Below, one piece after another: positions 38,654 to 48,844 of a stretch of DNA of 64,000 nt. Position 1 is the first letter of the stretch. The number at the start of each line of letters is the position of its first letter. Under the pieces are notes generated by a model, which saw only the letters and a list, made by a program, of their open reading frames with translations, had not been told where the DNA came from and ran no database searches. The translations under genes and the position numbers were made by a program. Where the stretch lies: the IMG/VR virus record IMGVR_UViG_2681813318_000003; one strand, 5' to 3'. Source of the DNA: a virus (Duplodnaviria; Heunggongvirae; Uroviricota; Caudoviricetes).

Positions 38654-38710
38654 GCCTGCTTCCGTATATTAATAATTAATATGTAGTTATTTATATATAC
38701 AGAAGCAGGC
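38654..38710. terminator. Long AT-loop hairpin (bidirectional terminator-like), paralog of 9982-10040
   Basis: GCCTGCTTCCGTATATT..TTATATATACAGAAGCAGGC. Confidence 0.45.
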
Positions 38711-38732
38711 TAATTACAGACGCCAGAACAAA

Positions 38733-39326
38733 CTAAGCAGCCTTCTTTGATGGTCTTTTTTTCCTGATCACATTCGCAGGATCATACCCTCCCAGACTTT
38801 TCATGACGTCCAAAGGGATCTTGCTTATAGAGTGCCCAGCGTCCTGACAGAATCCTCGAAAAACAACGAGCATACTGCCACCGGGGTTGATGTTTACTTC
38901 TACCTGACCCAAATTGACGTCAGGCTCGACAAACGCTACGCGGCCACCAGACAGAATAATCGTCTCATTCGCACACTCTGTTGCACGCTCATACCACTTT
39001 GTATCGAGGGATTGAGGAATTAGCATCACTGTTGTAACTCCGCGAGCCTGCTCACGTATAGCCGCATCAATCCAGGGGGAGATTTTGGAGTAGGGTGGAT
39101 TGAGGAAGGCAATTGTACCTGGCTGTCCCCATTCAGATTTCAAAGCATCACGCTCAACGCCTATGAAAATAGGCAGCTTTGCGTTGTCCTTGTTGCAGGC
39201 AACGTCAACATCAAATGTCACTCCAAGATAACGTTGAATGGCAGAAAACAGCCAATCAGGTGTTCTCCAGAGGTCACGAAGAGAGTTGTCGCGCTTTCGC
39301 TGTTTGATTTTTTCGGCTGCAATCAT
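38733..39326 (-). CDS. Phage-type Dam-like DNA N6-adenine methyltransferase, orphan
   Basis: 197 aa with FLNPPYSK catalytic motif; size and layout of the small phage Dam family. Confidence 0.6.
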   Translation of the reverse strand: MIAAEKIKQRKRDNSLRDLWRTPDWLFSAIQRYLGVTFDVDVACNKDNAKLPIFIGVERDALKSEWGQPGTIAFLNPPYSKISPWIDAAIREQARGVTTVMLIPQSLDTKWYERATECANETIILSGGRVAFVEPDVNLGQVEVNINPGGSMLVVFRGFCQDAGHSISKIPLDVMKSLGGYDPANVIRKKRPSKKAA

Positions 39327-39336
39327 CTTCTTTCTC

Positions 39337-39357
39337 GATAGGTAAGTGATTACCTAT
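39337..39357. promoter_or_regulatory. Class B palindromic motif (representative copy)
   Basis: GATAGGTAAGTGATTACCTAT, 8-bp arms ATAGGTAA/TTACCTAT, about 12 nt upstream of the Dam ATG. Related copies near 963-982 (perfect 20-bp palindrome TAGTAAGTATATACTTACTA), 4542-4559, 7964-7983, 10003-10017, 13253-13274, 20309-20331, 33070-33089, 37121-37145, 44177-44198, 48890-48913, 53571-53593, 59511-59535, 63035-63062. Confidence 0.5.
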
Positions 39358-39509
39358 TTTTGCATTTGATTTTATGTCTGGCAATCAAATAAAACGCGCC
39401 AGAAATGCAAACGAGAAGCTCTCTGGCGCGTTTTTGTGGTGCTGGGTATGTGATTGGCTTACCCAGCACTATAAAGCTCTCTATGGGCTTTATTTTCAGT
39501 AGGGGGACG

Positions 39510-40319
39510 TCATCCAATAGTGTACTCCGCTACAAACTTCTTAACGATCGGTGATTCTTCGTTCAATGTTAGATTTCCACCGTCTCTAACGGCAATTCCT
39601 GTCGCTGGAAATACAGCCATCATTTGCCCAGCCTGAGTTGACGCAGTGTTAAGCGGATACGGTTTTTCTGGATTGCTCATTAAAGCAATCTTAATACTAT
39701 TACTTGTAGCCTTCTTTTCTGTGAGAAGGTGTCTCATGGAAATTACCGTGTAAACACTAATATCTGGACCTCCGCTAAACCAATTAAGAAGGTTTAATAT
39801 CTTATCCTTTGCTTTGACAGGCGCGTTTTCGTAAGTGTCTAAGAAAATATCTTTTTCTAAGCCTGCTTTATTGAAAAACAAATCATCTTTATCACTTAAA
39901 GTAAAACGAGGACCTCTTGCAGTACGAGCTTTTTTATTTGTATTGCTATCATTTGACTGTTGAACTTTTAATTCATCATTAACCTCAACACACTCTTCAA
40001 CCTCAATAAACCCCAATTGTTCTGGCTCGTTTTCGGCAGATTCAACACTTTCAGCCTTAATTACGTTTATAGGCTCATGAGCTAACTCCAACTCATTTAA
40101 AGCGGAGCTGAAATCACCTGCTTTTTCTTCATTGAACAGTTCTTCGGCAACATCATCAGAACTCATGGCTACGCCAGCATCGAGGCCGAGAAGCAGATCG
40201 TCAATATCATCAGTATTTTCAACCTGTGCAGCTTTTTTTACTGGTTCATCAAGTGATTGCAACATGGCTGTCAGCTCATCCAGATCATCATTTGTCATTA
40301 CATTTTCAACCGAACTCAT
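39510..40319 (-). CDS. Hypothetical protein with highly acidic N-terminal half
   Basis: 269-aa ORF with SD AAGGAG; N-terminal 120 aa rich in D/E. Confidence 0.4.
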   Translation of the reverse strand: MSSVENVMTNDDLDELTAMLQSLDEPVKKAAQVENTDDIDDLLLGLDAGVAMSSDDVAEELFNEEKAGDFSSALNELELAHEPINVIKAESVESAENEPEQLGFIEVEECVEVNDELKVQQSNDSNTNKKARTARGPRFTLSDKDDLFFNKAGLEKDIFLDTYENAPVKAKDKILNLLNWFSGGPDISVYTVISMRHLLTEKKATSNSIKIALMSNPEKPYPLNTASTQAGQMMAVFPATGIAVRDGGNLTLNEESPIVKKFVAEYTIG

Positions 40320-40440
40320 GTAAGTCTCCTTCTGTTTAGTTGCATTTGCGTTTCGATGGCTACATTTTGACTAAACCTATCAGGCGGAAAAGTATTAAAT
40401 ACAGGCAGGAAATGATTGAAAGGCGACTGTTCTTTAAAAG

Positions 40441-40482
40441 AAAGCCTGCTTCAAACTCTCTTTAAAGCAGGCTTTTGTTTTA
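40441..40482. terminator. Hairpin terminator (bidirectional)
   Basis: AAAGCCTGCTT..AAGCAGGCTTTTGTTTT. Confidence 0.5.
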
Positions 40483-41037
40483 CACAATTTCAGAGGGTAA
40501 TTTAAAAAATCCGTATTTATTACGTGCCTTAAAGAAGCATTGCATCATTAAGTTTGTGTCATATAAGGCACTATGTGCTTTGGCATGATCGTATATAAAG
40601 CCAAGAGAGAAGGCCAATTCTTCAAGGCGAGGACGTTTACCGTCTTCTGTGGCCCACAATCCCGATAACATAGTATCTATAACAGGAACTTCTGGCAGTC
40701 TTACTCCATACCCTGAAAACTCGTGTCGAATAAATGGTATATCAAACGCTTCGCCGTTATGAGCAATCCACGCACTACATGCCCCCATATAAGCGCCAAT
40801 TTCGCTGGCATGATTTGACAACAAAGGTTCAGCTGCGAGCTGTTCTAATGAAATGCCATGAACGGCTTGAGCTTTCGGATCTATGTTTCTGCGAGGGTTA
40901 AAACGCATCTCCAGACTATCAATATGTCTCTGTGTCTCCAGTTCATAGCGGGTAATTGCGATTTCAATAATTTTATGACCAGCAAGGAAATCCAGTCCCG
41001 TAGACTCGATATCGATGCCTGCAACAATCGTTGTCAT
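40480..41037 (-). CDS. DnaQ-like 3'-5' exonuclease (DEDD family)
   Basis: Exo I GIDIESTGL, Exo II HNGEAFDIPF, Exo III HSALYDT motifs; SD AAGGAG. Confidence 0.7.
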   Translation of the reverse strand: MTTIVAGIDIESTGLDFLAGHKIIEIAITRYELETQRHIDSLEMRFNPRRNIDPKAQAVHGISLEQLAAEPLLSNHASEIGAYMGACSAWIAHNGEAFDIPFIRHEFSGYGVRLPEVPVIDTMLSGLWATEDGKRPRLEELAFSLGFIYDHAKAHSALYDTNLMMQCFFKARNKYGFFKLPSEIV

Positions 41038-41046
41038 CAGAACTCC

Positions 41047-41466
41047 TTACAACTTCTTAGCGCCCTTAAGTAGGGCGCTACGTACAAATTGAGCCGCTTT
41101 TTTCAAAGTTTCTTCACTGGTTTCACAGACAATCGGATCTTTCCACTTACCTGACGCAGTGTTGAGAATATTGATTTGGTTGCTATCCAGACAAATAGAG
41201 ATATAAAGCACCGTGCCACCAGCCAGCATCAAATGCATAGGAAACAGAGGCTTTTTACTGTCTTCACTGAACTGAGACATGGCGATGTTAATGGCTTCAC
41301 CTACTTGTGCGCCAACAAGCCCCTGCGCAGTTTCGAATATGGCACGAATAGCCAGACGAGCCTCTCGATCGCTCATAAGCGACCGGGAATGTTCGTCCGC
41401 TACACGAATCAAAGCCTCTGTTGTTTTCCGATCCAGTTCATCTTCAAGCAACATTTCACTAAACAT
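41047..41466 (-). CDS. Hypothetical protein
   Basis: 139-aa ORF with SD TAAGGA. Confidence 0.4.
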   Translation of the reverse strand: MFSEMLLEDELDRKTTEALIRVADEHSRSLMSDREARLAIRAIFETAQGLVGAQVGEAINIAMSQFSEDSKKPLFPMHLMLAGGTVLYISICLDSNQINILNTASGKWKDPIVCETSEETLKKAAQFVRSALLKGAKKL

Positions 41467-41527
41467 TTTTTATCCTTAACCCATTTTGAGAGTTTTATTG
41501 TCGCAATGTCGAAGAGGCGAACAATTT

Positions 41528-42172
41528 CTAATGAACGGTTACTCGGCCACAGAACCGGTTTTCTATCTTTTCTACAGCGTTATCTAGCATTCTCATCACT
41601 GATCTGGCTCTTGCTTCAACCGTGCGATATCGGTTGGAAACGACGAAGGTTTGCAGATCTCCCCTTTGCGGATGCAGGTGAATTTTTGTCAGTTCCCCGC
41701 ACATCAACGCATCAATACGAGCGACATACAGACGGTCTAATGATGCTCGTTGTGATCGCAAGTAATCTCGCTCTGAGAGAGCGACTCCCGGGCGTAAGCC
41801 AGCAATGGCGTTAAAGTTTGAAATAGCAGTTTTGTGGCAAAACTTTTCGATATCGAGGGCTAACTCAATACATCGATCTTCATTGGTATGGCCGACCAAA
41901 TCCAACGTGTAGGCCATAACATCAGCAGGTGTGCGATCGATAACAAAGCCTTCAACACCACGCGTAAGTAGCTCTATATGCTTTGCTATTTCCATTTGAA
42001 TCTGAAGCCGCTCATATAGAGGCATAGACTCACCTACTCGAACACCGAGGCGGCTCATCAAACTTCCGACACCAGCATCCACGTAAGGGATTCCGTAATG
42101 TTTGTCGATATATTTAGCCAGGGTTGTTTTCCCACTGCCCTGAGCACCAGTGATCCCAATCCGGTAATCCAT
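41528..42172 (-). CDS. P-loop nucleotide kinase (putative dNMP kinase)
   Basis: Walker A GITGAQGSGKTT at the N-terminus, 214 aa, start coupled to the DHFR stop within a nucleotide-metabolism operon. Confidence 0.5.
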   Translation of the reverse strand: MDYRIGITGAQGSGKTTLAKYIDKHYGIPYVDAGVGSLMSRLGVRVGESMPLYERLQIQMEIAKHIELLTRGVEGFVIDRTPADVMAYTLDLVGHTNEDRCIELALDIEKFCHKTAISNFNAIAGLRPGVALSERDYLRSQRASLDRLYVARIDALMCGELTKIHLHPQRGDLQTFVVSNRYRTVEARARSVMRMLDNAVEKIENRFCGRVTVH

Positions 42173-42648
42173 TACGACCTTCTGTATACGATCTGCGAAA
42201 AGCCAGGCTCTTCCTCGCTGGCTCGTTGGGTATAAGCTGTTTCAACAGGCACAAAGCCTAAGTTACGCATCATGCTTGCCGGGAAGAATGCATCGGCGTT
42301 TGGTACATCAACGCCGATGTGGGAGAGCCAAATCTCTTCAACATGCGGCATGAATAGCGAGTAAATTTGTTCCCCGCCAATCACCCACACAGGCTCTGGT
42401 AATCGCAACACATCATCCACACCAGCAGGGTAGAATCCATTTGGTACAAAGCCATGAGAGCGCGTCAAAACGAGGTTATGACGCTCTGGAAGAGGGCGTT
42501 TGAGACTTTCCATCGTTTTACGCCCCATAACAACAGTGGCGTTTTTGGTGAGTCTCTTAAATAGCTTCAGATCGGTAGAACAACGCCAGGGCAGTTCGTT
42601 CGCTATGCCGATCTCATAGTTACGGCCAACAGCAGCTATCATCTTCAT
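42172..42648 (-). CDS. Dihydrofolate reductase
   Basis: 158 aa, MIAAVGRNYEIG..LPW N-terminus and VVMGRKTMESL motif typical of DHFR; adjacent to thymidylate synthase. Confidence 0.75.
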   Translation of the reverse strand: MKMIAAVGRNYEIGIANELPWRCSTDLKLFKRLTKNATVVMGRKTMESLKRPLPERHNLVLTRSHGFVPNGFYPAGVDDVLRLPEPVWVIGGEQIYSLFMPHVEEIWLSHIGVDVPNADAFFPASMMRNLGFVPVETAYTQRASEEEPGFSQIVYRRS

Positions 42649-43058
42649 TTGCTCACCTCATAGATGACCGGTCTATGATGAGAGTCAGCTAAAGCGGCAC
42701 GGAGTCGAGGATCGTGCACCAGCGCAGCGATAAGCAGATCGCCTTTATGCTCCGCTAATGTGCGCTTAATATGCTTCTCATAACTGGTGCCATTCGGTAC
42801 GAGATGAAGCCAGTCGTAATCAACGCCAAAATCTTTCAGCCATCGTTTAGTGGGCGCTTCAAGAGTTTCAGAGCGGCTACTGATAAGCACCACTTCAGCC
42901 CCTGAGCGAGCAAAACCACGCAACATACGGCTGGTGGGGAAAATGAGTTCATCACCGGCAATGAGCTGGCCTGCATCCGCGTCAGATACAGATTTACGAT
43001 GACTGGTATTTGCCAGCACACCTTCAATTTCGCATAAGACATACATACCTCTTGCCAT
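42645..43058 (-). CDS. Hypothetical protein
   Basis: ORF 42645..43106 trimmed to ATG 43058, which is coupled to the thymidylate synthase stop. Confidence 0.3.
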   Translation of the reverse strand: MARGMYVLCEIEGVLANTSHRKSVSDADAGQLIAGDELIFPTSRMLRGFARSGAEVVLISSRSETLEAPTKRWLKDFGVDYDWLHLVPNGTSYEKHIKRTLAEHKGDLLIAALVHDPRLRAALADSHHRPVIYEVSK

Positions 43059-43059
43059 A

Positions 43060-44163
43060 TCACACCGCCACTGGAACCTTGATCCACGGTAGAGGGTCAT
43101 AGCCAAGAATTAAAACCTCGTCCCATTTGAAATCATCCAACTCTGACCATTCATGAGGGAAAATAACGACCGGATCTGAATGCTCTGGAGCCTGTCGTTT
43201 CATTAGCTCACACACACCTTCCATTTGGTTGTTGTACAAATGCACGTCAAAGCCAAAATGTACAAATGCACCGGCCATGTGACCCGTAATCTTCGCGAGA
43301 AAATGAGTGAGAATGCCATAGCCAGCAATATTGAATGGCATACCAACAAAAGTGTCTACGCTACGCTGTACGAGGCAGGAGTTGAGGATGCGTTTGGGGA
43401 TTCCAAGTTCATCCAGTTCAGCTTCAGTAACACTGCCGTCCATCTCCAGATCGTATAGCATCTTGGTGTAGATAGACTCATAACCGAGGCGACTGTGTTG
43501 AAGACCAATGTCAGTTGCCATCGTTAAACGGGTTTCAAAATCAAGCTCACGACTCCACAAAGAGAAGACAAAGTGGCAAGGTGGCAGTTTCATATCCTCA
43601 AGCTCGCCTACGTTCCATGCGTTAAGCATGATACGACGATCGGTGGGGTTCGTGCGCAGTGTATCGACAATACGCTGTAGCTGATCGATTTCACGGGACA
43701 GCACTACGCGATCTTCACTGATACCCAGGTATCCCTCGACTTTGTACCCGCGTTCACGGAAAGTATCGATCTTGCTCAGATATTCACTATGGCTCACGAT
43801 GCGGGTATCTTCCCATCGACGCCACTGCTTACCGTAAACCGGCCCCAAATCGCCATTCTCATCGGCCCATGCATCCCAAATCTTAACGCCGTTATCCTTG
43901 AGAAATTGGATGTTGCCCGTGCCTTTCAGATACCACTCAAGTTCGACAAGCAGTGGCTTAAGATTTACCGCCTTTCCAGAAATAAGCGGCACAGTCCCAC
44001 CAGTAAGCATGTAGTAAGAGGGAACGTAGCAGGTGCTTAAAGTACCAGTGCCTGTGCGATCATCAGCCTGCACGCCGCTTTTAAGCACCGTCTCAATAAC
44101 TTTTGCATACGATGCGTTTGTTACCTGACCGTTCGTATGCTCACGATTCAAAAGGAGTGACAC
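43060..44163 (-). CDS. thyA: Thymidylate synthase (ThyA family) with two internal insertions
   Basis: DRTGTGT, WADENGDLGPVYGKQWR, NPTDRRIMLNAWNVGEL, catalytic LPPCHFVF, QRSVDTFVGMPFNIAGY, GYDPLPWIKVPVAV; probable GTG start at 44163 with SD GAGG; about 100 extra residues relative to E. coli ThyA. Confidence 0.8.
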   Translation of the reverse strand: MSLLLNREHTNGQVTNASYAKVIETVLKSGVQADDRTGTGTLSTCYVPSYYMLTGGTVPLISGKAVNLKPLLVELEWYLKGTGNIQFLKDNGVKIWDAWADENGDLGPVYGKQWRRWEDTRIVSHSEYLSKIDTFRERGYKVEGYLGISEDRVVLSREIDQLQRIVDTLRTNPTDRRIMLNAWNVGELEDMKLPPCHFVFSLWSRELDFETRLTMATDIGLQHSRLGYESIYTKMLYDLEMDGSVTEAELDELGIPKRILNSCLVQRSVDTFVGMPFNIAGYGILTHFLAKITGHMAGAFVHFGFDVHLYNNQMEGVCELMKRQAPEHSDPVVIFPHEWSELDDFKWDEVLILGYDPLPWIKVPVAV

Positions 44164-44334
44164 AAAAACCTCACAAAGATAAGTAACCACTTATTCCTTA
44201 AGTGAGTTTACATTTATTGAGGGAACAAGGCCAGATAGATAAAAAAATGGTGGCCATAGGCCACCAAAAACGAATAGTTGTTTCAGAAATTTAACGCGCC
44301 AACGCAATATACACAGATAGATAACTACCTACAA

Positions 44335-45204
44335 TTATTTTTTGATCATTCCGTACATTGCTGAGGCTTTAGCTTGCTCAACAAAGGAGGATAAATCGAC
44401 ATCACTATAGGTTGGAGACTTCAGAATCTTTCCATCGGAAATTCGAAAACCGATCATCTTATCGGTGCCATCAGCATGGCGAAATCCCAGGTCAGAAGAG
44501 TCGTATTTGCAGTTGGCCACAGCATGGCGACGCTCTTCGGCATCTGCAGGCCATAATTTTGTCATGTTGGACCGATGAATTTCGCCAACCAGCTCGACGA
44601 CATTGATACCGAGGAAATCAGCCAGTCGATAGGTCATCATGCACGCCACATAGATTTTGTTCATTACACGGCGCAGTTCCTGAATCAGCTCAGAATCCTT
44701 AACAGTCTTGTTCTCAAGTTTATCTGCCAGCTCTTCGAGCATACATGACGCCTCACGAGCTTCCTGAAATGGCATTGCCATATCATCGAAAACAGTGTTA
44801 CCAGGCACAAAAATTGTCTGCATAAAGCGATCAATGCTCTGTTCCTGCGTGTAATAGGTCATGCCGGTAGAAATACCACCTTTGATGGCGACCATCGTAC
44901 CAACACCAACGTATAAAAAGTCGGCCATTGCATCCAGCAGTTGCTCAATATCCCCATTCATTGCGGCTGGAATACCTTCCACTACAGCTTCTTCATGAAT
45001 CAGGCTTGCACGGAGACGAAGCAGCTCTGGTGTCGGCATAACGCGTCTCGGATGCTGGAAGAGTTCATGAAACTGATCGACCATCTTGTAAATACTTTCA
45101 GTAGCTACACCATGACCTTCATGCAACTCATATGGTTCTGGCTTAAATCCAATGAGTCGATCGGTGGCAAGTTTCAGGTGGTCAGTCAGTTTGGTAAAGT
45201 TCAT
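44335..45204 (-). CDS. Hypothetical protein in nucleotide-metabolism operon
   Basis: 289-aa ORF with SD AAGGA; no confident motif recognised. Confidence 0.4.
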   Translation of the reverse strand: MNFTKLTDHLKLATDRLIGFKPEPYELHEGHGVATESIYKMVDQFHELFQHPRRVMPTPELLRLRASLIHEEAVVEGIPAAMNGDIEQLLDAMADFLYVGVGTMVAIKGGISTGMTYYTQEQSIDRFMQTIFVPGNTVFDDMAMPFQEAREASCMLEELADKLENKTVKDSELIQELRRVMNKIYVACMMTYRLADFLGINVVELVGEIHRSNMTKLWPADAEERRHAVANCKYDSSDLGFRHADGTDKMIGFRISDGKILKSPTYSDVDLSSFVEQAKASAMYGMIKK

Positions 45205-45281
45205 GCTAGTTTTGTTCCTTCTTAATTCTTGTGATCCATTGTGGCCCAGCGTTGCCAGGCCACATAATGCTTTGTATCGGT

Positions 45282-46424
45282 TTACAGGTCTGCAAACTGG
45301 CTTAGAGAAGCCTTATCCACGGTAGAATCGATCTGACCTACCAGATATGTGCTTTGCTCTGCCTCTTGTGGTGCAATTTGCAGTGTGTCGGTTAACAACC
45401 ACTTGTTCATCCAGACCAGCGGATCTGTGGTAACTTCTGGAAATAAAGCCTTCAGGCCAAGACGATTCATAGCCAGATTGGTGCGGTATTTTACATAGGT
45501 CTTCAGAATATCCGCGTTTAAACCAATCATCGAACCGTCTTTGAAGAGATAGTCTGCCCAGTTCATTTCTTGTTCGGCGACTGATTTCATGGTGTCGTAA
45601 ATGACGTTTTCTTCATCAGCAGCAATCTCTTTCCACAATAAACCTTCGCGACCGGTACGCATGAAGCGGATCATGCGTTCAGTTCCTTCGCAATGCAGAG
45701 CTTCATCACGGGCAATAAAGCGCATAATTTTGGTGTTGCCCTCAAGCAACTTCCGTTCGCCAAAGGCAAACGTACATGCAAAACTTACATAGAAACGGAT
45801 CGCCTCAAGCGCATTAATGGACACCAACGTGCGGAAAAGCTGACGGTGCAAAGGGTATGGCTCCCAGCCATATTCATTTACGTACAGACGTTCAAACTCT
45901 TTCTCACCTAACGACTGGCGCTCGCAGGTCATCCCATAAAGCCTGTCATATTCAGCAGAGATACTGATCGCTCGGTTGATGATTTCTTCATCCGTAACAA
46001 TACCGTTAAAAACAATGCTCGGATCGTCCACCATGCCACGAATAATGTGGGTGTAGCTGCGGCTATGGATAGTCTCAGAGAAAGACCATGTTTCAACCCA
46101 CGTTTCCAGTTCAGGAATAGAGATAAGCGGCAGCAGCGTTGCATTTGGGCTACGTCCCTGAACTGAATCGAGTAACGTTTGATAACGGAGATTGCTCAGA
46201 AAAATGTGACGTTCGTGGTCCCGCAGCTTCGTGTTGAAGTCGATACGATCGCTCGAAATATCAACTTCTTCCGGCCGCCAGAAGAAAGACAATTGACGTT
46301 CAATCAACTTTTCAAAATCACGGTATTTTTGCTGATCGTAACGTGCCACGTTGACAGATTGTCCGAGGAACATAGGCTCTTTGGTTGCATCATTAGCACC
46401 CAAACGGAACGTTGAATATGACAT
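45282..46424 (-). CDS. nrdB: Ribonucleotide reductase class Ia small subunit
   Basis: 380 aa, co-linear with E. coli NrdB ([39 protein letters not shown], iron ligand region EALH..GT, C-terminal SYLVGQIDS). Confidence 0.9.
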   Translation of the reverse strand: MSYSTFRLGANDATKEPMFLGQSVNVARYDQQKYRDFEKLIERQLSFFWRPEEVDISSDRIDFNTKLRDHERHIFLSNLRYQTLLDSVQGRSPNATLLPLISIPELETWVETWSFSETIHSRSYTHIIRGMVDDPSIVFNGIVTDEEIINRAISISAEYDRLYGMTCERQSLGEKEFERLYVNEYGWEPYPLHRQLFRTLVSINALEAIRFYVSFACTFAFGERKLLEGNTKIMRFIARDEALHCEGTERMIRFMRTGREGLLWKEIAADEENVIYDTMKSVAEQEMNWADYLFKDGSMIGLNADILKTYVKYRTNLAMNRLGLKALFPEVTTDPLVWMNKWLLTDTLQIAPQEAEQSTYLVGQIDSTVDKASLSQFADL

Positions 46425-46504
46425 GTGTTTTCCTTTTGCTTATTGATGTGTTTAAACAAGTTGTTATCTTATTTGTTTAAACAAGGTTTACAAATCAAAG
46501 AGAA

Positions 46505-46523
46505 GGTGGGGATATCCCCCACC
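46505..46523 (-). terminator. Rho-independent terminator after nrdA
   Basis: GGTGGGGGATATCCCCACC perfect hairpin followed by TTCTCTTTGATTTG on the minus strand. Confidence 0.55.
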
Positions 46524-46528
46524 ATATG

Positions 46529-48844
46529 TCAGATTTTGCAGGCTCCGTCGCACTCATCTTCTGGCTCGACGGCTACAGCTTGCGTCAGTGGATTCTGCGG
46601 TTCGTCGTCATCACGCTTTCCTGCCCCATCTCTGGTGTTGTGGTAGTAAAGCGTTTTAACTCCCATCTTGTAGGCGAGAAGCAAATCTGACAGTAGCGTC
46701 ATCATTGGGACTTTATCGCCTTCAAAGCGAGAAGGGTCATAGTTGGTATTGGCTGAAATAGCCTGGTCAAAGAACTTCTGGATGATCGCCACCTTTGTCA
46801 GATAGCCGCGGTTGTCCGGCATATCCCACAGGTATTCATACTGTTCCTTCAGTTTTTCAAACTCAGGCACGACCATCTTAACGATGCCGTCCTTAGAAGA
46901 TTTCACCGACACCGGGCCACGAGGCGGTTCGATGCCGTTGGTGGAATTAGTGATCTGGCTGGAAGTCTCGCATGGCATTTGTGCCGTCAGTGTGGAGTTG
47001 CGAAGGCCGTATTTTGCAATACGTTCACGCAGTTCTTCCCACGGCATCTTTAACTCAAAGTTGGTTTCGCCACTTTCGTCTAATGAAGAACGGTAATGGT
47101 CGATCGGCAACTGACCAATTGCGTACTTGGTCTGCTCAAACCAGTCACACTCACCTTTTGCTTCAGCAAGTCGGCAGCTGGCATCAAGAAGGTAATACTG
47201 GATAGCTTCGAACGTTTCATGCACCAGTTTATTGCCAGCGGTATCAGAATAACGAACGCCATTCTTTGCCAGGTAATAAGCAAAGTTGGTTACACCAATT
47301 CCCAAGCTACGACGAGCTTTGGCAGGCACTGCGGCTGCCTCCATCGGATAGTCTTGATAATCCAGTAACGAATCCAGTGCAGCAACGGCATAGAACGCCA
47401 CCTCTTTAAGAGACTCCAGTGAACGGATGGCTCCGAGGTTAAAAGCGGATAAAGTGCATAGCGCGATCTCACCGTTCGGGTCGTCGGTAAATGCCAGTGG
47501 ACGAGTGGGTAGAGTGATCTCCATGCACAGGTTTGACTGGCGGACAGGTGCAAGAGCAGGAATGAAAGCGCCATGCTCATTAATATGATCGACGTTCGCA
47601 ATATAAATTCGGCCCGTGGACGCTCGTTCCTGCATCAGAGATGAGAACAGCTCAATGGCAGACACTGACTTCTTGCGAATTGAATCATCGGCTTCGTATT
47701 TATGGTACAGCTTTTCAAACAGATCCTGGTCTGTGAAGAAGGCTTCGTACATATCAGGCACATCATGCGGGCTGAACAGAGTGATGTTCTCGCTTCTGAC
47801 GAGTCGACGGTACATTAGACGGTTACTCATGACGCCGTAATCAAGATGGCGAACGCGGTTTTCATCAATACCACGGTTATTTTTCACCACCAGCAGACTT
47901 TCAACTTCAAGATGCCAGATCGGGTAAAACGCTGTTGCTGCGCCACCACGAACACCACCTTGCGAACAAGATTTAACAGCCGTCTGGAAATGCTTCAGGA
48001 ATGGAATAACTCCGGTATGGGTGGCTTCACCATTGCGGATCTCGCTGCCCAGCGCACGGATACGGCCAAAACCAATACCAATTCCAGCACGACGTGAAAC
48101 GTAGTCGATAATTGCGGCTGAAGCTGCACTAATCCCTTTCAGACTATCGCCAGACTCAATCAGCACACAACTGGAGAACTGACGGGTTGGAGTACGGACG
48201 CCGGCCATGATTGGTGTGGGCAGAGACAGTTTGAACGTACTTGTAACGTCATAGAAACCTTTGACCATCTCCATACGTGTTTTACCAGCGCAGTCGTCTT
48301 CCCAATTCTGGAACAGACACATGCCTACCAGCATATAGATATGTTGCGGCCCCTCATGAATCTCACCAGTAACACGGTTTTGAACGAGGTATTTGCTTTG
48401 CAACTGCACCGTAGCTGCATAGCCAAAAAGATCGTCACGTTTCGGCTTAATGTAATTGCCGAGTTCTTCGATCTCTTCAAACGAATAATGTGTCAGCAAA
48501 TCCTTGTCATAAACGCCCTTGTTAACGTTCTTGACAATGTGTTGGTAGAAGTTCGGATAGTCGTAACGACCGAAGGCATCTTTGCGGATTTTAAAAATGT
48601 TCAGGCGGGCAGCCACCTGTGAGTAATTTGGTGCTTCTGGTGAGATCAAATCAGCGGCAGATTTAACCAAAGCCTCATGCAACTGGCTGGTGGTAATCCC
48701 ATCAAAAATGCTGGCCGCAGCTCCCATTGCTACAGCGGATGCGCTTACACCACGAATGCCTTCTACGCCATACATTACGACGCGGTTGTATTTTTCTTCG
48801 GATAACGGCTCTGTTTGGCCGTTACGTTTTACGATGCTTATCAT
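46529..48844 (-). CDS. nrdA: Ribonucleotide reductase class Ia large subunit
   Basis: 771 aa, N-terminal ATP-cone region and active-site region NLCMEI, C-terminal Cys pair; directly upstream of nrdB. Confidence 0.9.
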   Translation of the reverse strand: MISIVKRNGQTEPLSEEKYNRVVMYGVEGIRGVSASAVAMGAAASIFDGITTSQLHEALVKSAADLISPEAPNYSQVAARLNIFKIRKDAFGRYDYPNFYQHIVKNVNKGVYDKDLLTHYSFEEIEELGNYIKPKRDDLFGYAATVQLQSKYLVQNRVTGEIHEGPQHIYMLVGMCLFQNWEDDCAGKTRMEMVKGFYDVTSTFKLSLPTPIMAGVRTPTRQFSSCVLIESGDSLKGISAASAAIIDYVSRRAGIGIGFGRIRALGSEIRNGEATHTGVIPFLKHFQTAVKSCSQGGVRGGAATAFYPIWHLEVESLLVVKNNRGIDENRVRHLDYGVMSNRLMYRRLVRSENITLFSPHDVPDMYEAFFTDQDLFEKLYHKYEADDSIRKKSVSAIELFSSLMQERASTGRIYIANVDHINEHGAFIPALAPVRQSNLCMEITLPTRPLAFTDDPNGEIALCTLSAFNLGAIRSLESLKEVAFYAVAALDSLLDYQDYPMEAAAVPAKARRSLGIGVTNFAYYLAKNGVRYSDTAGNKLVHETFEAIQYYLLDASCRLAEAKGECDWFEQTKYAIGQLPIDHYRSSLDESGETNFELKMPWEELRERIAKYGLRNSTLTAQMPCETSSQITNSTNGIEPPRGPVSVKSSKDGIVKMVVPEFEKLKEQYEYLWDMPDNRGYLTKVAIIQKFFDQAISANTNYDPSRFEGDKVPMMTLLSDLLLAYKMGVKTLYYHNTRDGAGKRDDDEPQNPLTQAVAVEPEDECDGACKI

